From the NCBI GenBank assembly GCA_046350635.1, contig JAXLZY010000001.1, positions 11,897 to 75,896 of the forward strand: a stretch of DNA of 64,000 nt, read 5' to 3'. The translations under genes and the position numbers were made by a program. The first letter of the stretch is position 1; each line of letters opens with the position of its first letter. Shown here piece after piece: positions 1 to 9,875 of the stretch. Below the pieces are notes generated by a model. That model was given only the letters and a program-made list of their open reading frames with translations, made no database searches and was not told the origin of the DNA. Source of the DNA: Candidatus Saccharimonadales bacterium (GTDB lineage: Bacteria > Patescibacteriota > Saccharimonadia > Saccharimonadales > CAIOMD01).

Positions 1-526
1 GCCAGAAAGAGATAGTCGTACCAGTGTGATCAGTTTTACCAACTACCTCAAGTTCTGATGTTGGCACGCCACGCTCATAAGTTTGACGATAAATTTTACC
101 GTCTTTATGAACATCTGCGATTAGTTTCTTTGATAGCGCATTAACCACGCTAATACCAACACCGTGCAAACCGCTCGATACCTTATAGCCACCGCCACCA
201 AACTTACCACCGGCGTGCAGTATTGTCAGCACCGTTTCAAGCGTGCTTTTACCCGTCTTTGGGTGAACGTCTACTGGAATACCACGTCCGTTGTCGGTAA
301 TTGTGACACCACCGTCTTCGAGCATGCGTACGGTAACCGCATCGGCTTCGCCAGCAATGGCTTCGTCGATTGAGTTATCGGCAATTTCCTTAATTAAATG
401 ATGAAGTCCATCGCGACCAGTACCACCAATGTACATTCCCGGACGTTTACGGACAGGCTCGAGCCCCTCGAGCACCTGAATCTGGTCAGCATCATAGCTG
501 GCTGAAGTGTCTTTTTGTTTAGCCAT
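1..526 (-). CDS. gyrB: DNA gyrase subunit B, N-terminal part (gene continues past the window start)
   Basis: Own minus-strand translation from CAT at 524-526: [83 protein letters not shown]. This is the GHKL ATPase signature of GyrB. The ORF runs off the window edge, so it is absent from the ORF track. Confidence 0.85.
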   Translation of the reverse strand, partial: MAKQKDTSASYDADQIQVLEGLEPVRKRPGMYIGGTGRDGLHHLIKEIADNSIDEAIAGEADAVTVRMLEDGGVTITDNGRGIPVDVHPKTGKSTLETVLTILHAGGKFGGGGYKVSSGLHGVGISVVNALSKKLIADVHKDGKIYRQTYERGVPTSELEVVGKTDHTGTTISFW

Positions 527-693
527 ACCCTCTACAACTCTTATATTTTAATGCTCCAACTATTATAGGTGTTATCCCCTAATTACACAACCATAAGCTA
601 CTTGATTGATTGCATAAAAATATGGTTCAATGATTTCAGAGGTTTTTGTACCTATTTATAAACATAAAAAACAGAGAGCGGCCAAACAGCGCC

Positions 694-2676
694 ATGTTCC
701 GCAAATTAGTTTCCAACCTACCCTTCCAACCAGCCTTACTGGGCCAGGTTTCTTTTTATTTGCACCGCATGCGTCAAGAACAATCACTACGACGAATCGG
801 TTTTGCTCTTATGGCAGTGGTGGTTGTACTTCAACTATTTGCCATGTTTTCACCTGCTAAGCCTTCACTTGCTACGAGTTCGGCAGATATTGTCTACGGT
901 GCAAATAGCCGCGCTGATGTACTAACTGCATATCGCAATAATCGCGACCAAATTGGCCACACAGATATACAGGCAATCTTTAATTATTATGGTATTGGTG
1001 CTGATCAAATCTCTAAAGCAGCTTTTGTTCACATTAGCGATGGAGATGGCCACGACTATATCAATACATCACGCAGTACTACCCGCTGGCAGGATACGTT
1101 TGTAAAAATACCGGGTGCATCTGATGGAGGTATATATGAGTTTCCACTTTCGTATTGGCGCCAAGGCCAATACCCAAATGGCTATCCCGCATTAACAGGT
1201 ATGAGTAGTTATGGGTTCCGATTTTGGATTTTACTAAAAGGTTGTGGCAACATTGTCTACGAAAAGGGTGCTAAAAAGCCTAACCTCGACATTGTTAAAA
1301 AACGTACCTCTGGAGCAACAGTTGCCCCAGGTGATACGACTACCTATTCAATAGAATTCAGGAACGCTGGGCTTGCGAATGCAAACGGTGTAACTATAAG
1401 TGATAAGCTTGCACCCGAATTTAACTATGTCAGCTATACGAGCAATGTTGATTTAAACTTCACGCGCAGTGGCCAGCAATTAACCTGGAAGATAAAAAAC
1501 ACTGGCAGTGTTCTTGCGCCTTCGTCGCGGTGGTTTACGATAACCGTTAAAGTAAAAGCTAAAGATATATCGGCTAATACCCAAAAGGTCTGTAATGCAA
1601 GCTCTATTGATGCCACAAACGCAGGTGCTGCTAGCTCTAGCGGTACTGATAGCGCCCATTGTGTGACTATTAGTAAACCCTTATGCCCCGGAACGGGCTT
1701 ACCGATTCCACCAGGTGGGGTCACTAAATGTAGCGTTACCTGCCCTGATGGCTCAACCGTTTCATACGATAAAACCTGTCCGGTACCACAACTAAGTTGC
1801 CAGTCACTACAGGTAGCTGCGGAACCAGCCTGGAATAGCCGTAAGTACGAAACCACTATTGTCATGCAAAAAGGCGCTGTCGCTAAACAAATTGATTATT
1901 ACGTAAACAACACTAAGGTGGGTTCACAGCCAATGACTACCGGCTCGACCAGCCAGTTCTTTACCTACACTTTCCCTAAAGAGGGAGATTACAAAGTACG
2001 GGCAGATCTCATTGCCACCACTGGCACCGTACAGCCAGGTGCAAACTGTGCCGTCACCGAAACAATCACTAAGCCGACCCAACCGACCCCTCGTATTACT
2101 ACTGATAAAGCAGTTACGAACCTAACGCAAAAAATTGCTGACGCCAACGGGACCACCGCCCACGCGGGTGATGTACTTCGCTATACCTTAACTATTGCCA
2201 ATACTGGCGATGCCCCAGCCACCGACTTTGCCCTTAGCGGTGAATACGGCGAAAATATCGCTGACATTATGGAGTATGCAGATCTTACCGATAAGGGTGA
2301 TGCCACCTTGAATGAAACAACAAAAGTATTAACCTGGGCACCGGTTACGATCCCAGCTGGCGGGCAGGTACAGAAAGTCTTTAGCGTCACTATAAAAAAC
2401 CCAATTCCAGCTACACCTACTTCTGTTTCTAATCCGTTATCGTTTGACTACGTTATGCACAATAAATACGGCCGAGACGTGAGCATTAACCTCGACAAAC
2501 CAGCCAACAAGATAATCGAACAAACGGCTACCGCCCTTCCAGAAACCGGCCCCGGCACTGGTATGTTCGTGACCGCAGTTATTGTTATGGTTGTTGGCTA
2601 CTTCTTTTACCGAAGTCGACTCCTTACAAAGGAACTTGAACTTGTACACCACGAATATAGCGCAGGAGGCTTATAG
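694..2676 (+). CDS. Secreted cell-surface protein with DUF11-like repeats and a C-terminal LPXTG (LPETG) sortase anchor
   Basis: Track ORF 646..2676; the likely start is MFRKLV at 694. It has a signal anchor, DUF11-like segments (GDTTTYSIEFRNAG.., GDVLRYTLTIANTGD..), a Cys-rich linker, and LPETG followed by a hydrophobic helix and a basic tail. Confidence 0.75.
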   Translation: MFRKLVSNLPFQPALLGQVSFYLHRMRQEQSLRRIGFALMAVVVVLQLFAMFSPAKPSLATSSADIVYGANSRADVLTAYRNNRDQIGHTDIQAIFNYYGIGADQISKAAFVHISDGDGHDYINTSRSTTRWQDTFVKIPGASDGGIYEFPLSYWRQGQYPNGYPALTGMSSYGFRFWILLKGCGNIVYEKGAKKPNLDIVKKRTSGATVAPGDTTTYSIEFRNAGLANANGVTISDKLAPEFNYVSYTSNVDLNFTRSGQQLTWKIKNTGSVLAPSSRWFTITVKVKAKDISANTQKVCNASSIDATNAGAASSSGTDSAHCVTISKPLCPGTGLPIPPGGVTKCSVTCPDGSTVSYDKTCPVPQLSCQSLQVAAEPAWNSRKYETTIVMQKGAVAKQIDYYVNNTKVGSQPMTTGSTSQFFTYTFPKEGDYKVRADLIATTGTVQPGANCAVTETITKPTQPTPRITTDKAVTNLTQKIADANGTTAHAGDVLRYTLTIANTGDAPATDFALSGEYGENIADIMEYADLTDKGDATLNETTKVLTWAPVTIPAGGQVQKVFSVTIKNPIPATPTSVSNPLSFDYVMHNKYGRDVSINLDKPANKIIEQTATALPETGPGTGMFVTAVIVMVVGYFFYRSRLLTKELELVHHEYSAGGL

Positions 2677-2678
2677 AT

Positions 2679-3266
2679 ATGAGTGAGCAACTTCGTTCGC
2701 ACGAACAACACACCTCACCCGAGGCTACAACTGAACATATCGATAGATTAAAAGATATCGAACAAAAAGCTCACGAAGCTCATCATGAACACGCTGAGCA
2801 ACTAGAGGCGATTCGCGCTAAAGTTGAGCACGAAGCCCACTCGGCCGAAGAAGTAAAAGACAAAGAAGAATCAGCTACTGAACGTCAGACACTACACCAT
2901 CACATTACAAAGCGCATCAAAAAAGAACAGTACCAGCAAACCCTTAAGCAGGTGCAATCTCATCTATCGAAGCCAGAGAAACGCTTTAGCAAGGTCATTC
3001 ACCAACCTGTGGTCGAAACGGCCAGCGAAGTTGGGGCCAAAACAATTGCACGCCCCTACAGCATTATTGGTGGTGCCCTATTTGCGATTATTGGTAGTTT
3101 TACGGTGCTTTCAATTGCTAAACACGTTGGTTTTGAAGTACCAAATAGTATCTTCTTTATTTTGTTTGTACTTGGTTACGTAGTGGCGTTATTAGTTGAA
3201 TTTGTGGTGCGTATGATTCGTAAAACGAGTCCAAAACACCGTAAACGCCACACGACTAGCTATTAA
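2679..3266 (+). CDS. Hypothetical membrane protein (His/Glu-rich N-half, two TM helices)
   Basis: Track ORF starting 3 nt after the upstream stop. The N-half is charged and HE-rich and the C-half is hydrophobic. No family recognised. Confidence 0.5.
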   Translation: MSEQLRSHEQHTSPEATTEHIDRLKDIEQKAHEAHHEHAEQLEAIRAKVEHEAHSAEEVKDKEESATERQTLHHHITKRIKKEQYQQTLKQVQSHLSKPEKRFSKVIHQPVVETASEVGAKTIARPYSIIGGALFAIIGSFTVLSIAKHVGFEVPNSIFFILFVLGYVVALLVEFVVRMIRKTSPKHRKRHTTSY

Positions 3267-4500
3267 CCACAGGTAGAGATTGCCACTCAGCGTGATTATA
3301 AGGGCTCACAGATGCCCGTTTACCGCGCCACGACTCATTAAGCATTGCCGTTGCAATATGAGGTCCTAGAGCCCCGTATCGCTTCACAAGGGCATCTATC
3401 GCTACCAGTAAATCCCCATTATTGCCTTTAGATGATAGTAGGCTTAGCTGTTGGACAGTTCGTAGCTCTGGCAGTACTATCATCGCTTTTATGTACGACT
3501 TATCTGATTCAAAAAGCGTATTAAGCACCACATCTGCCGATTGGCTTATTACAAACGTGTCGTCAGTCCATTCACCAAAGGTAATTTCAGTACCCACTCC
3601 CTTGCCGTGAACCTTACCGGGCACTCGGTATCGTATAGAAACATAAGCCCTATCAGCAACAAGCCCTTTTCGGCGCAGCTTTGCGGCTAACTCGGTGCAA
3701 AATACAGCCAAGGCCGCCCTTAATGCCGCTTTATCAGATATCGAAGTCCCAAACGAACGGCTATACATAATTGATTTTTGATGCTTGGGCTTAGCAACAA
3801 CACCTTCAGCCCAGCCCCGCAATTGATATATAAGCTCTTTAGTCGGTGCATCCAAGAGACCAAGTACGGGACTATCGCTACCAATACTCATAAAATCGTA
3901 GGCAGTCTTGATACCACAAACTTCTAGTTTAGGAGCCAGACGCCTGCCAACACCCCATATATCCCGGACTGGTATTCCTTTAAGAACCTTTTCGGTTTCC
4001 TGACTTTCGATATCTATAACACAAACACCGTCACGCTTTTTTGCCACATGTGAGGCTAGCTTAGCCAAGGCATGCGATGATCCAATACCGATGCTAACGG
4101 GGAGGCCTGTCCACTTTAAGATAGTCTCCCGAAGCAGTCTCGCCCACTCTGTAGGATTATCAATTTGGTCATCTTTTATAACCAAAAAGGATTCATCTAT
4201 AGAATAAACTTCAATTGATTCTGCAGGGATAGCCCTTAGAATACCTTGCATACGCTTTGCAAAATGTCGGTACAGTAAAAAATTAGCCGATAACACCTCT
4301 GCCCCAATGCTATCAAGCATTGCCTTACATTCGTGATACGGCTGACCCATTTTGACACCCGCCCGCTTAACTTCAGCCGAGCGCGCGACCACACAACCAT
4401 CATTATTAGAAAGTACTGCCACCGGCCTATCAAGAAGTTGCGGTTGCATAACCCTCTCACATGATGCGAAGAAGTTGTCGCAGTCTATTAGCACTACCAT
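3256..4500 (-). CDS. umuC: Y-family translesion DNA polymerase, UmuC-like
   Basis: The N-terminus MVVLIDCDNFFASCERV..PVAVLSNNDGCVVARSAEVKRAGVKMG parallels the E. coli UmuC N-terminus. It lies directly downstream of umuD. Confidence 0.85.
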   Translation of the reverse strand: MVVLIDCDNFFASCERVMQPQLLDRPVAVLSNNDGCVVARSAEVKRAGVKMGQPYHECKAMLDSIGAEVLSANFLLYRHFAKRMQGILRAIPAESIEVYSIDESFLVIKDDQIDNPTEWARLLRETILKWTGLPVSIGIGSSHALAKLASHVAKKRDGVCVIDIESQETEKVLKGIPVRDIWGVGRRLAPKLEVCGIKTAYDFMSIGSDSPVLGLLDAPTKELIYQLRGWAEGVVAKPKHQKSIMYSRSFGTSISDKAALRAALAVFCTELAAKLRRKGLVADRAYVSIRYRVPGKVHGKGVGTEITFGEWTDDTFVISQSADVVLNTLFESDKSYIKAMIVLPELRTVQQLSLLSSKGNNGDLLVAIDALVKRYGALGPHIATAMLNESWRGKRASVSPYNHAEWQSLPVVNS

Positions 4501-4509
4501 GACTTAAGT

Positions 4510-4932
4510 TTAGTGCGCAGAGCGTAGCGCGCGCAACGTAAAGGTAACAACGCCCCAAATAGTCAGTTCATCACCATCATTCATGGTTATATCAGCAAAT
4601 CGTTTATTCTCCGCCTGGAGCCGTACCAATGTCCCCTTTTTGCGCAACCGTTTTAAGGTATATGCGCCATTCAAGACTGCTACCACAATATCGCCATCTT
4701 GCGCCTGTAATGACTTGTCTATAACAACAATGTCACCATCATAAATACCCGCATCTTGCATAGAATTGCCCGTAACACGCATAAAAAACGTCGCAGCAGG
4801 GTTACGGACTAACAGCTGGTTTGTATCAAGCGGCGAGGTATCTAGCTCTTCGCCCGGTGACGGAAACCCAGCCTGCACTAGATTAGTTAAAAACGTTGGC
4901 AAATTCTCACCGCTACTGCTGTTCGTCGGCAT
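4510..4932 (-). CDS. umuD: S24 self-cleaving peptidase, UmuD-like
   Basis: LVQAGFPSP (Ala-Gly cleavage site), GNSM (Ser nucleophile) and TLKRL (Lys) form the LexA/UmuD signature. It is paired with umuC. Confidence 0.8.
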   Translation of the reverse strand: MPTNSSSGENLPTFLTNLVQAGFPSPGEELDTSPLDTNQLLVRNPAATFFMRVTGNSMQDAGIYDGDIVVIDKSLQAQDGDIVVAVLNGAYTLKRLRKKGTLVRLQAENKRFADITMNDGDELTIWGVVTFTLRALRSAH

Positions 4933-7876
4933 TCTTAAAGTTGCCTTCTTTATCGATATAGATTGTATCGTTATGCTCTAAAACATCGCTCGATTTCTTT
5001 GGGGCTAGCGTGGGTGTTGACGTAGCTACGGCTGGCTGTGGGCTTTCTTGGCTTGGTTCGCCTTTTACAAGGCTCTGCCGAAGTTCGTCAGCAATTGAAT
5101 TAACCTCTTTAGCATCAATCGAACCACTCGAAATGTTTTGGCTTCCCTGGGCATCTTCTGCATAGCTCACCGAATTGCCACTGCCTAACTTAACATCTAC
5201 CGGCGAAACAGGTTGAACAGATGGCTTAGGTTCTGGTGCCGATTGAGGGTTTGTGGTTGTAGTAGGAGTTACGGGTTTGGCTGTCGGTGTTGCCGATTTA
5301 CGCTTTGCAAGCCACTCGTCAAGGAAGGACGATTGGCCACCGGCTGGACTTGGTTTTGGTGCACCCGCCCCCGGAGGACCAAATGGTGATGATGCGCCAC
5401 CAAACGCGGGTTTTGGCGCTGGTTCAGTTTTTAGTCGTTTAAATATCTCAGCCTCTACCTGTGCTTTTGGTCGGCCATGTTTAGCTGCAGATAATTGCTT
5501 AAGCGCACCTTCAAGTTGTTTGTTTGCGTTACCGAGCACCGGCAAATCAGCCATGCTAAATGGTTGCGTTGGAACACCGCCAATCAACATACGCACTACC
5601 GCATTATAGTTTGGTAACTGTTGCAGATCATCGACGTCAAAAATTGGTCTAAATTGTTTTTCTAGCACTTCAGCATCGGCTGTACCAACTCGGTGCGCAA
5701 TAACAGTACCGATGTTACCAAACACCGCATCGCGTATCTCTTCGCTCAGCTGACTAATAAACTGGTTGGCAACAATCAGGTTAAGGCGGTATTTACGAGC
5801 TTCGCTTAAGATTGTCGCAAACGAATCAGTCGAGAAGTTTTGGAACTCGTCAACGTACAAGCTAAAGTCTTTGCGCTCTGATTCTGGCATGTTAGCCCGA
5901 CTCATGGCAGCAGCCTGGAACTTCATCACAAAAATCATACCAAGTAGCTTAGAGTTAAGTTCCCCAGTACGACCCTTACTTAGGTTGACGATCAATATCT
6001 TGTTGTTGTCCATGATGTCACGCAAATCAAACGAGCTCTTTGTTTGGCCAATAATATTGCGCATCATCTCGTTCGACATAAAGGCGCCAAACTTACTGAC
6101 AACCCAGGCCGTGACTTCACCCGCTTCATTCGAACGCTGAGAGTTTGGATACTCTTTTGTCCAAAAGTCGAGCACCATTTGGTCAGTAACATACTTTAAC
6201 TTTTGTTTCATGAAGTCGTTGTCAACTAACAGCTTTGGAATATCAATAAAGGTGCCTCCGTTGGGGTCTGACATTAATAACAGTGCACAGTTACGAAAAA
6301 TGTGTTCATAGCGTGGGCCAATAATGCCCTGGCGCTGTGGGTCGTATAACTTATAGAGCATTGATATGACCTCTTGAATCAAGAAGTCCTTTTGTTCTGG
6401 CAGGCTGTACTCAAACAGATTAAGCCCAAGCGGATAATCCATATCGGATGGGCAGAAGTATATAACATCTTCTGTTCTCTCTTTGGGCACCATGCCTAGT
6501 AGTTTCTCAGCCGTATCACCGTGCGGATCAACAAATGCAAAGCCTCGCCCCTCAATCATGTCTTGTAGGGCTAGATTCTCTAGGAACGTTGACTTACCAG
6601 TACCTGTCTGACCGACAACGTACATGTGTCGACGGCGGTCGTTCTCGCTTAAACGAATCGGCTTTTTAGTGCCACGAAACACGTTATAACCAAGCAATAA
6701 ACCGCTATCAAGTAGGTTACGTGGCCCATCAACTTGCTTAGAAGACTGTCGTTCAAGCTGGGTTGTTGGAATATTTGATGCATCTGGGAAGTGAAATATT
6801 GTTGCAAGTTCTACAGCATTTAGAATACTACTGTTCTGTTCCGGCGGAAAGAACCGTAGAATATAAGCCGTCACAAAGCTTTCTATATCCTTAGCAGGAA
6901 TAAACTTAAAACCATTCTTACCCGGTGAATCAAACAACGAGAACGTTGCAACGATGTTCCCAAGTATAGCCTGAGAACGTTGTGAAATGTTCGACGATGC
7001 TACAACCCTAATAAGAACTTCATAGCCTGGCTGCCTTGTTTTATCTTCTATAGATTCTGCGACCGACTGCTCAAGACTGGTGCCTGGCTTCTCGGTCTTC
7101 TCGCCAACCTCCTTCTCTTTTGCCTCTGGTGGTTTAACGGGAGCAATAAATATTTGTTTAAGCCACCAAAAGGTTAAATCGGCTCCTTTTCGGCTCTTCT
7201 TACCTTCACGTAACCTGTTTGCTTCGGCAGTAGCGGTCTTCGTCCAGCCTTCGGTAGCTGGGCGTAGGAGTATCTGAATACCGGCTCCATCTTCTTTATC
7301 TAGATTGGATAACGAGTTAAGTAATGACTGCATCGTATCCCGCTTTAGGTCATGGAATGTTGCTATTGGATATGCGAACTGCTCTTTTAAGACAAGTTCA
7401 CCACCTGTAGTGCCACTTAATTTACCGACAGGACTAAAGATGTTATGCTCTGCTACTTCTTCGAGCCGGGCATTTGGGTAGGCACTTAGTACAGCTTGTT
7501 CGACGACTGACACAAGTGCAATTGGAACCGCAGAATAAAAGTAAACGAGGCCTTTATGAGCAACAATCTCAAAGCTAATATGCCTTTGACCATAAAACTT
7601 ACTCCTAAATCCCTTTTGGGCCGTACTCGCAATGATGTTATACAGTACTTGTGCTTTCGAGATGTTTTCGTCAGCCACATCACGTGCATCACGACCCTCG
7701 CTGACGACATCATCACTCATGGGCGGTAAGTGAATTAAGAGCGGAACCATCTTAAGGCCACGCTCATAGTTCTTGGCCTCACGTAGTAATTTTCGGGTTC
7801 GCCACAACAAGAAAAAGGCAAGCAAAAAGAGCGCTAAAAATATAATTGCAAATACGCTGAGAAGCGTTGAATTCAT
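4913..7876 (-). CDS. Membrane-anchored VirD4/TraG/TraD-like (type IV coupling protein family) P-loop ATPase with a low-complexity C-tail
   Basis: N-terminal TM helix, Walker A GQTGTGKS, Walker B-like LYVDEFQNF, and the ARKYRLNLIVANQ motif typical of coupling ATPases. The last ~250 aa are Pro/Ala/Thr/Ser-rich. The stop overlaps the umuD start by 20 nt. Confidence 0.65.
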   Translation of the reverse strand: MNSTLLSVFAIIFLALFLLAFFLLWRTRKLLREAKNYERGLKMVPLLIHLPPMSDDVVSEGRDARDVADENISKAQVLYNIIASTAQKGFRSKFYGQRHISFEIVAHKGLVYFYSAVPIALVSVVEQAVLSAYPNARLEEVAEHNIFSPVGKLSGTTGGELVLKEQFAYPIATFHDLKRDTMQSLLNSLSNLDKEDGAGIQILLRPATEGWTKTATAEANRLREGKKSRKGADLTFWWLKQIFIAPVKPPEAKEKEVGEKTEKPGTSLEQSVAESIEDKTRQPGYEVLIRVVASSNISQRSQAILGNIVATFSLFDSPGKNGFKFIPAKDIESFVTAYILRFFPPEQNSSILNAVELATIFHFPDASNIPTTQLERQSSKQVDGPRNLLDSGLLLGYNVFRGTKKPIRLSENDRRRHMYVVGQTGTGKSTFLENLALQDMIEGRGFAFVDPHGDTAEKLLGMVPKERTEDVIYFCPSDMDYPLGLNLFEYSLPEQKDFLIQEVISMLYKLYDPQRQGIIGPRYEHIFRNCALLLMSDPNGGTFIDIPKLLVDNDFMKQKLKYVTDQMVLDFWTKEYPNSQRSNEAGEVTAWVVSKFGAFMSNEMMRNIIGQTKSSFDLRDIMDNNKILIVNLSKGRTGELNSKLLGMIFVMKFQAAAMSRANMPESERKDFSLYVDEFQNFSTDSFATILSEARKYRLNLIVANQFISQLSEEIRDAVFGNIGTVIAHRVGTADAEVLEKQFRPIFDVDDLQQLPNYNAVVRMLIGGVPTQPFSMADLPVLGNANKQLEGALKQLSAAKHGRPKAQVEAEIFKRLKTEPAPKPAFGGASSPFGPPGAGAPKPSPAGGQSSFLDEWLAKRKSATPTAKPVTPTTTTNPQSAPEPKPSVQPVSPVDVKLGSGNSVSYAEDAQGSQNISSGSIDAKEVNSIADELRQSLVKGEPSQESPQPAVATSTPTLAPKKSSDVLEHNDTIYIDKEGNFKNADEQQ

Positions 7877-7894
7877 TCGCCCCTCCTATGCTCG

Positions 7895-8305
7895 TTATTC
7901 GGCTTGCTTAATCTCTTTCCCATAGCGCTTCTTCATATAGTCATTCTTAAATGTTGAAAGCGCAGCAGACTGCTGATGTGGATCTGCCTTTGTCTGCTCG
8001 ACAATCGTCTTAGCTTTTTCTACCCACTCCTTCTCAATCACATCAACATCATCCGCGACTGGTGGTAATCCTTGAGCACTTTGTTGCGTGACAGCAGGGT
8101 CTACCACAGGAATAACAGCAGGATCAGCGACGGTGGCAGATTGCGCTTGTGCAACCGCTTGTGAAGCTTGCGAAATCCGTTCCCCTACAGGCGCCTGACC
8201 CACTTGCTCTGGGTACGGCACAACAAAATCACCGGACTCATTTTGAGGTGAAATTCTCTCTGGTCGAGGAAGCTCTGGGCTCGGTAGATTATGTTGCTGG
8301 TCCAT
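7895..8305 (-). CDS. Hypothetical protein
   Basis: Track ORF in the same orientation as, and just upstream of, the ATPase gene. No recognisable motif. Confidence 0.45.
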   Translation of the reverse strand: MDQQHNLPSPELPRPERISPQNESGDFVVPYPEQVGQAPVGERISQASQAVAQAQSATVADPAVIPVVDPAVTQQSAQGLPPVADDVDVIEKEWVEKAKTIVEQTKADPHQQSAALSTFKNDYMKKRYGKEIKQAE

Positions 8306-8352
8306 CAGAGGTTAGTATACAAAAAATAAACTACAAATTATATAGCTAACGT

Positions 8353-8691
8353 TTATTTTATGACGCCGCGACGCAAGCCATACCACACGATAATTGCCGG
8401 CACACCGATTGCGAGTACGATATCGATAAAGCTAACACTACTTAGTGAGCCGAGGGCCATAATTACGGCAGGACAAAAGGCAAAGACAATACTGATGAAT
8501 AGCTTCTCTGACCTGGTTAACGATGAATAAGCGATATCCAAAAACAGTTGAATAACAAGCATTGAAATAATGTATATAAGCGAAAAAACTACTAGATAGA
8601 GTGGTAGTCGAGCTGTGTTCGGTGATGTTGCACCCATGAGCGCTATCAGCGCTATGATAGTTGCAAATAGTATGATAATTCTTTTGTTCAT
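8353..8691 (-). CDS. Small multi-pass membrane protein
   Basis: Track ORF 8353..8754. The internal start MNKRIIILFATIIALIAL at 8691 gives a cleaner hydrophobic N-terminus. Three or four TM segments. Confidence 0.45.
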   Translation of the reverse strand: MNKRIIILFATIIALIALMGATSPNTARLPLYLVVFSLIYIISMLVIQLFLDIAYSSLTRSEKLFISIVFAFCPAVIMALGSLSSVSFIDIVLAIGVPAIIVWYGLRRGVIK

Positions 8692-9124
8692 TTGTATGTA
8701 TTTTACCCTAAAAATTGAATACCCGCCTCCAACCAGGCGGGTATTCACCAACAACAGAAAGCCCTATGGTGTCCCGAGGGGTAAAACCGCCCTTTAAAAT
8801 TGAATTTATGGCGCTTACCTGGTCCCCGGAACTTCTGACTGACCGCTCTCTCGTAGTAACGAGTGAGCGTTATCCGTGACACGATGCAGAGGCATTCGTG
8901 CTCGTTTTAGTAAGTTTTTTGTTTTTATAACTTACTGACTAAAACTTATCACACCGAATGGTCTGTGTCAATGGTTTTTTGTAGATTTTTATACAATATT
9001 CATCTGTAATATATAAAAATATTTAGTTGTAATTATGATAACGATATTAATATCCTGTAGCCGTATACATAATATATCGGGTCTTTTTTTGGGCCATACG
9101 ACTCCATGGTGTTACGCTTTTACC

Positions 9125-9635
9125 ATGACTCTTTTTACCCAAAAATGGACTATTGTGTCTTTTATCTCACCTGTGCCAGAGGGTTTTGAATTTTCGTATA
9201 AAAATTGGCCTCGTCATATTACTATGGTGGATGTTTTTTTCCATTGATCGCGTTCAGGTCCAAGCGCTGCATGAGTTTCTTGTGCAAGTGGCTTCGAACC
9301 AATCACCCATTGAACTTACGCCATCCTCGACGACATATTTTGAATCGAATAATGATAGAGTTCTGGTTCAGCTGTACCAACAGCAAGAATCACTCCATGC
9401 GTTACATACCAAGCTAACCACCACACTCGAAGCCGACTATCACATCACGTTCAATAACCCTGAATATAGTAATGAAGGTTATATGCCACACGAAACGTTA
9501 GACACTAGTCCCGAGCTCGTATCACAGCAAAATATCATTATTGATAATCTCGCCTTGATTGATATGTTCCCGCATAAAAATGGCTATATGCGAAGGGTCG
9601 TTATGACGCTACCGTTCGGCAAGCACACGCACTAA
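9125..9635 (+). pseudogene. 2H phosphoesterase (LigT / 2'-5' RNA ligase-like) gene interrupted by a 1-nt frameshift in a T7 run
   Basis: Two HxT/Sx motifs lie in different frames: WPRHITMVDVFF (track ORF 9035..9247) and MPHETLDT (track ORF 9153..9635). The frames meet at TTTTTTT, 9234-9240. Removing one T joins ..HITMVDVF-SIDRVQVQ... Confidence 0.6.
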
Positions 9636-9681
9636 TCAAAAATATCGTTTGTAAGTTATACACAGTTTTAAAAAAATACCA

Positions 9682-9711
9682 TTGACAGTGCTTTTGCTTA
9701 TCTATTACTAT
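9682..9711 (+). promoter_or_regulatory. Sigma-70-type promoter (TTGACA, 18-nt spacer, TACTAT)
   Basis: Perfect -35 TTGACA at 9682-9687 and TACTAT at 9706-9711, read directly from the sequence. Confidence 0.45.
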
Positions 9712-9717
9712 GAGGCC

Positions 9718-9875
9718 AGCACTGAATAAAAAAAGTGCTCAAAAACAAAAACCTCGACTGCAAACAACGGCTTCTCGCAAGCCGTTGTTTCAAAGCAAAA
9801 AACGAGGTTTAAATACACATAAAAACGCCAAACCGAATCCTCTCATCGTCCGCAGCTCGATGAGAGGATTTTTAG
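9718..9875 (+). ncRNA. Candidate structured sRNA or attenuator leader upstream of comM
   Basis: Downstream of the promoter are: hairpin AGCACT/AGTGCT; a nested helix AAACCTCG..CGAGGTTT enclosing a perfect 12-bp hairpin (9762-9773/9779-9790); then the terminator AATCCTCTCATCG..CGATGAGAGGATT+TTT (9836-9875). No family recognised. Confidence 0.3.

Noticed and set aside
8800-8950. Possible SRP (4.5S) RNA or other known ncRNA in the structured 8755-9035 intergenic region (hairpins CGCTCTCTCG..CGAGTGAGCG and CACGATGC..GCATTCGTG; a CCGGAA element).
   Set aside because: The conserved SRP domain IV sequence (GGUCCGGAAGGAAGCAGC-like) is not present on either strand, and no clear promoter/terminator pair was seen. 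It may still be a leader or sRNA, but I cannot support a call.
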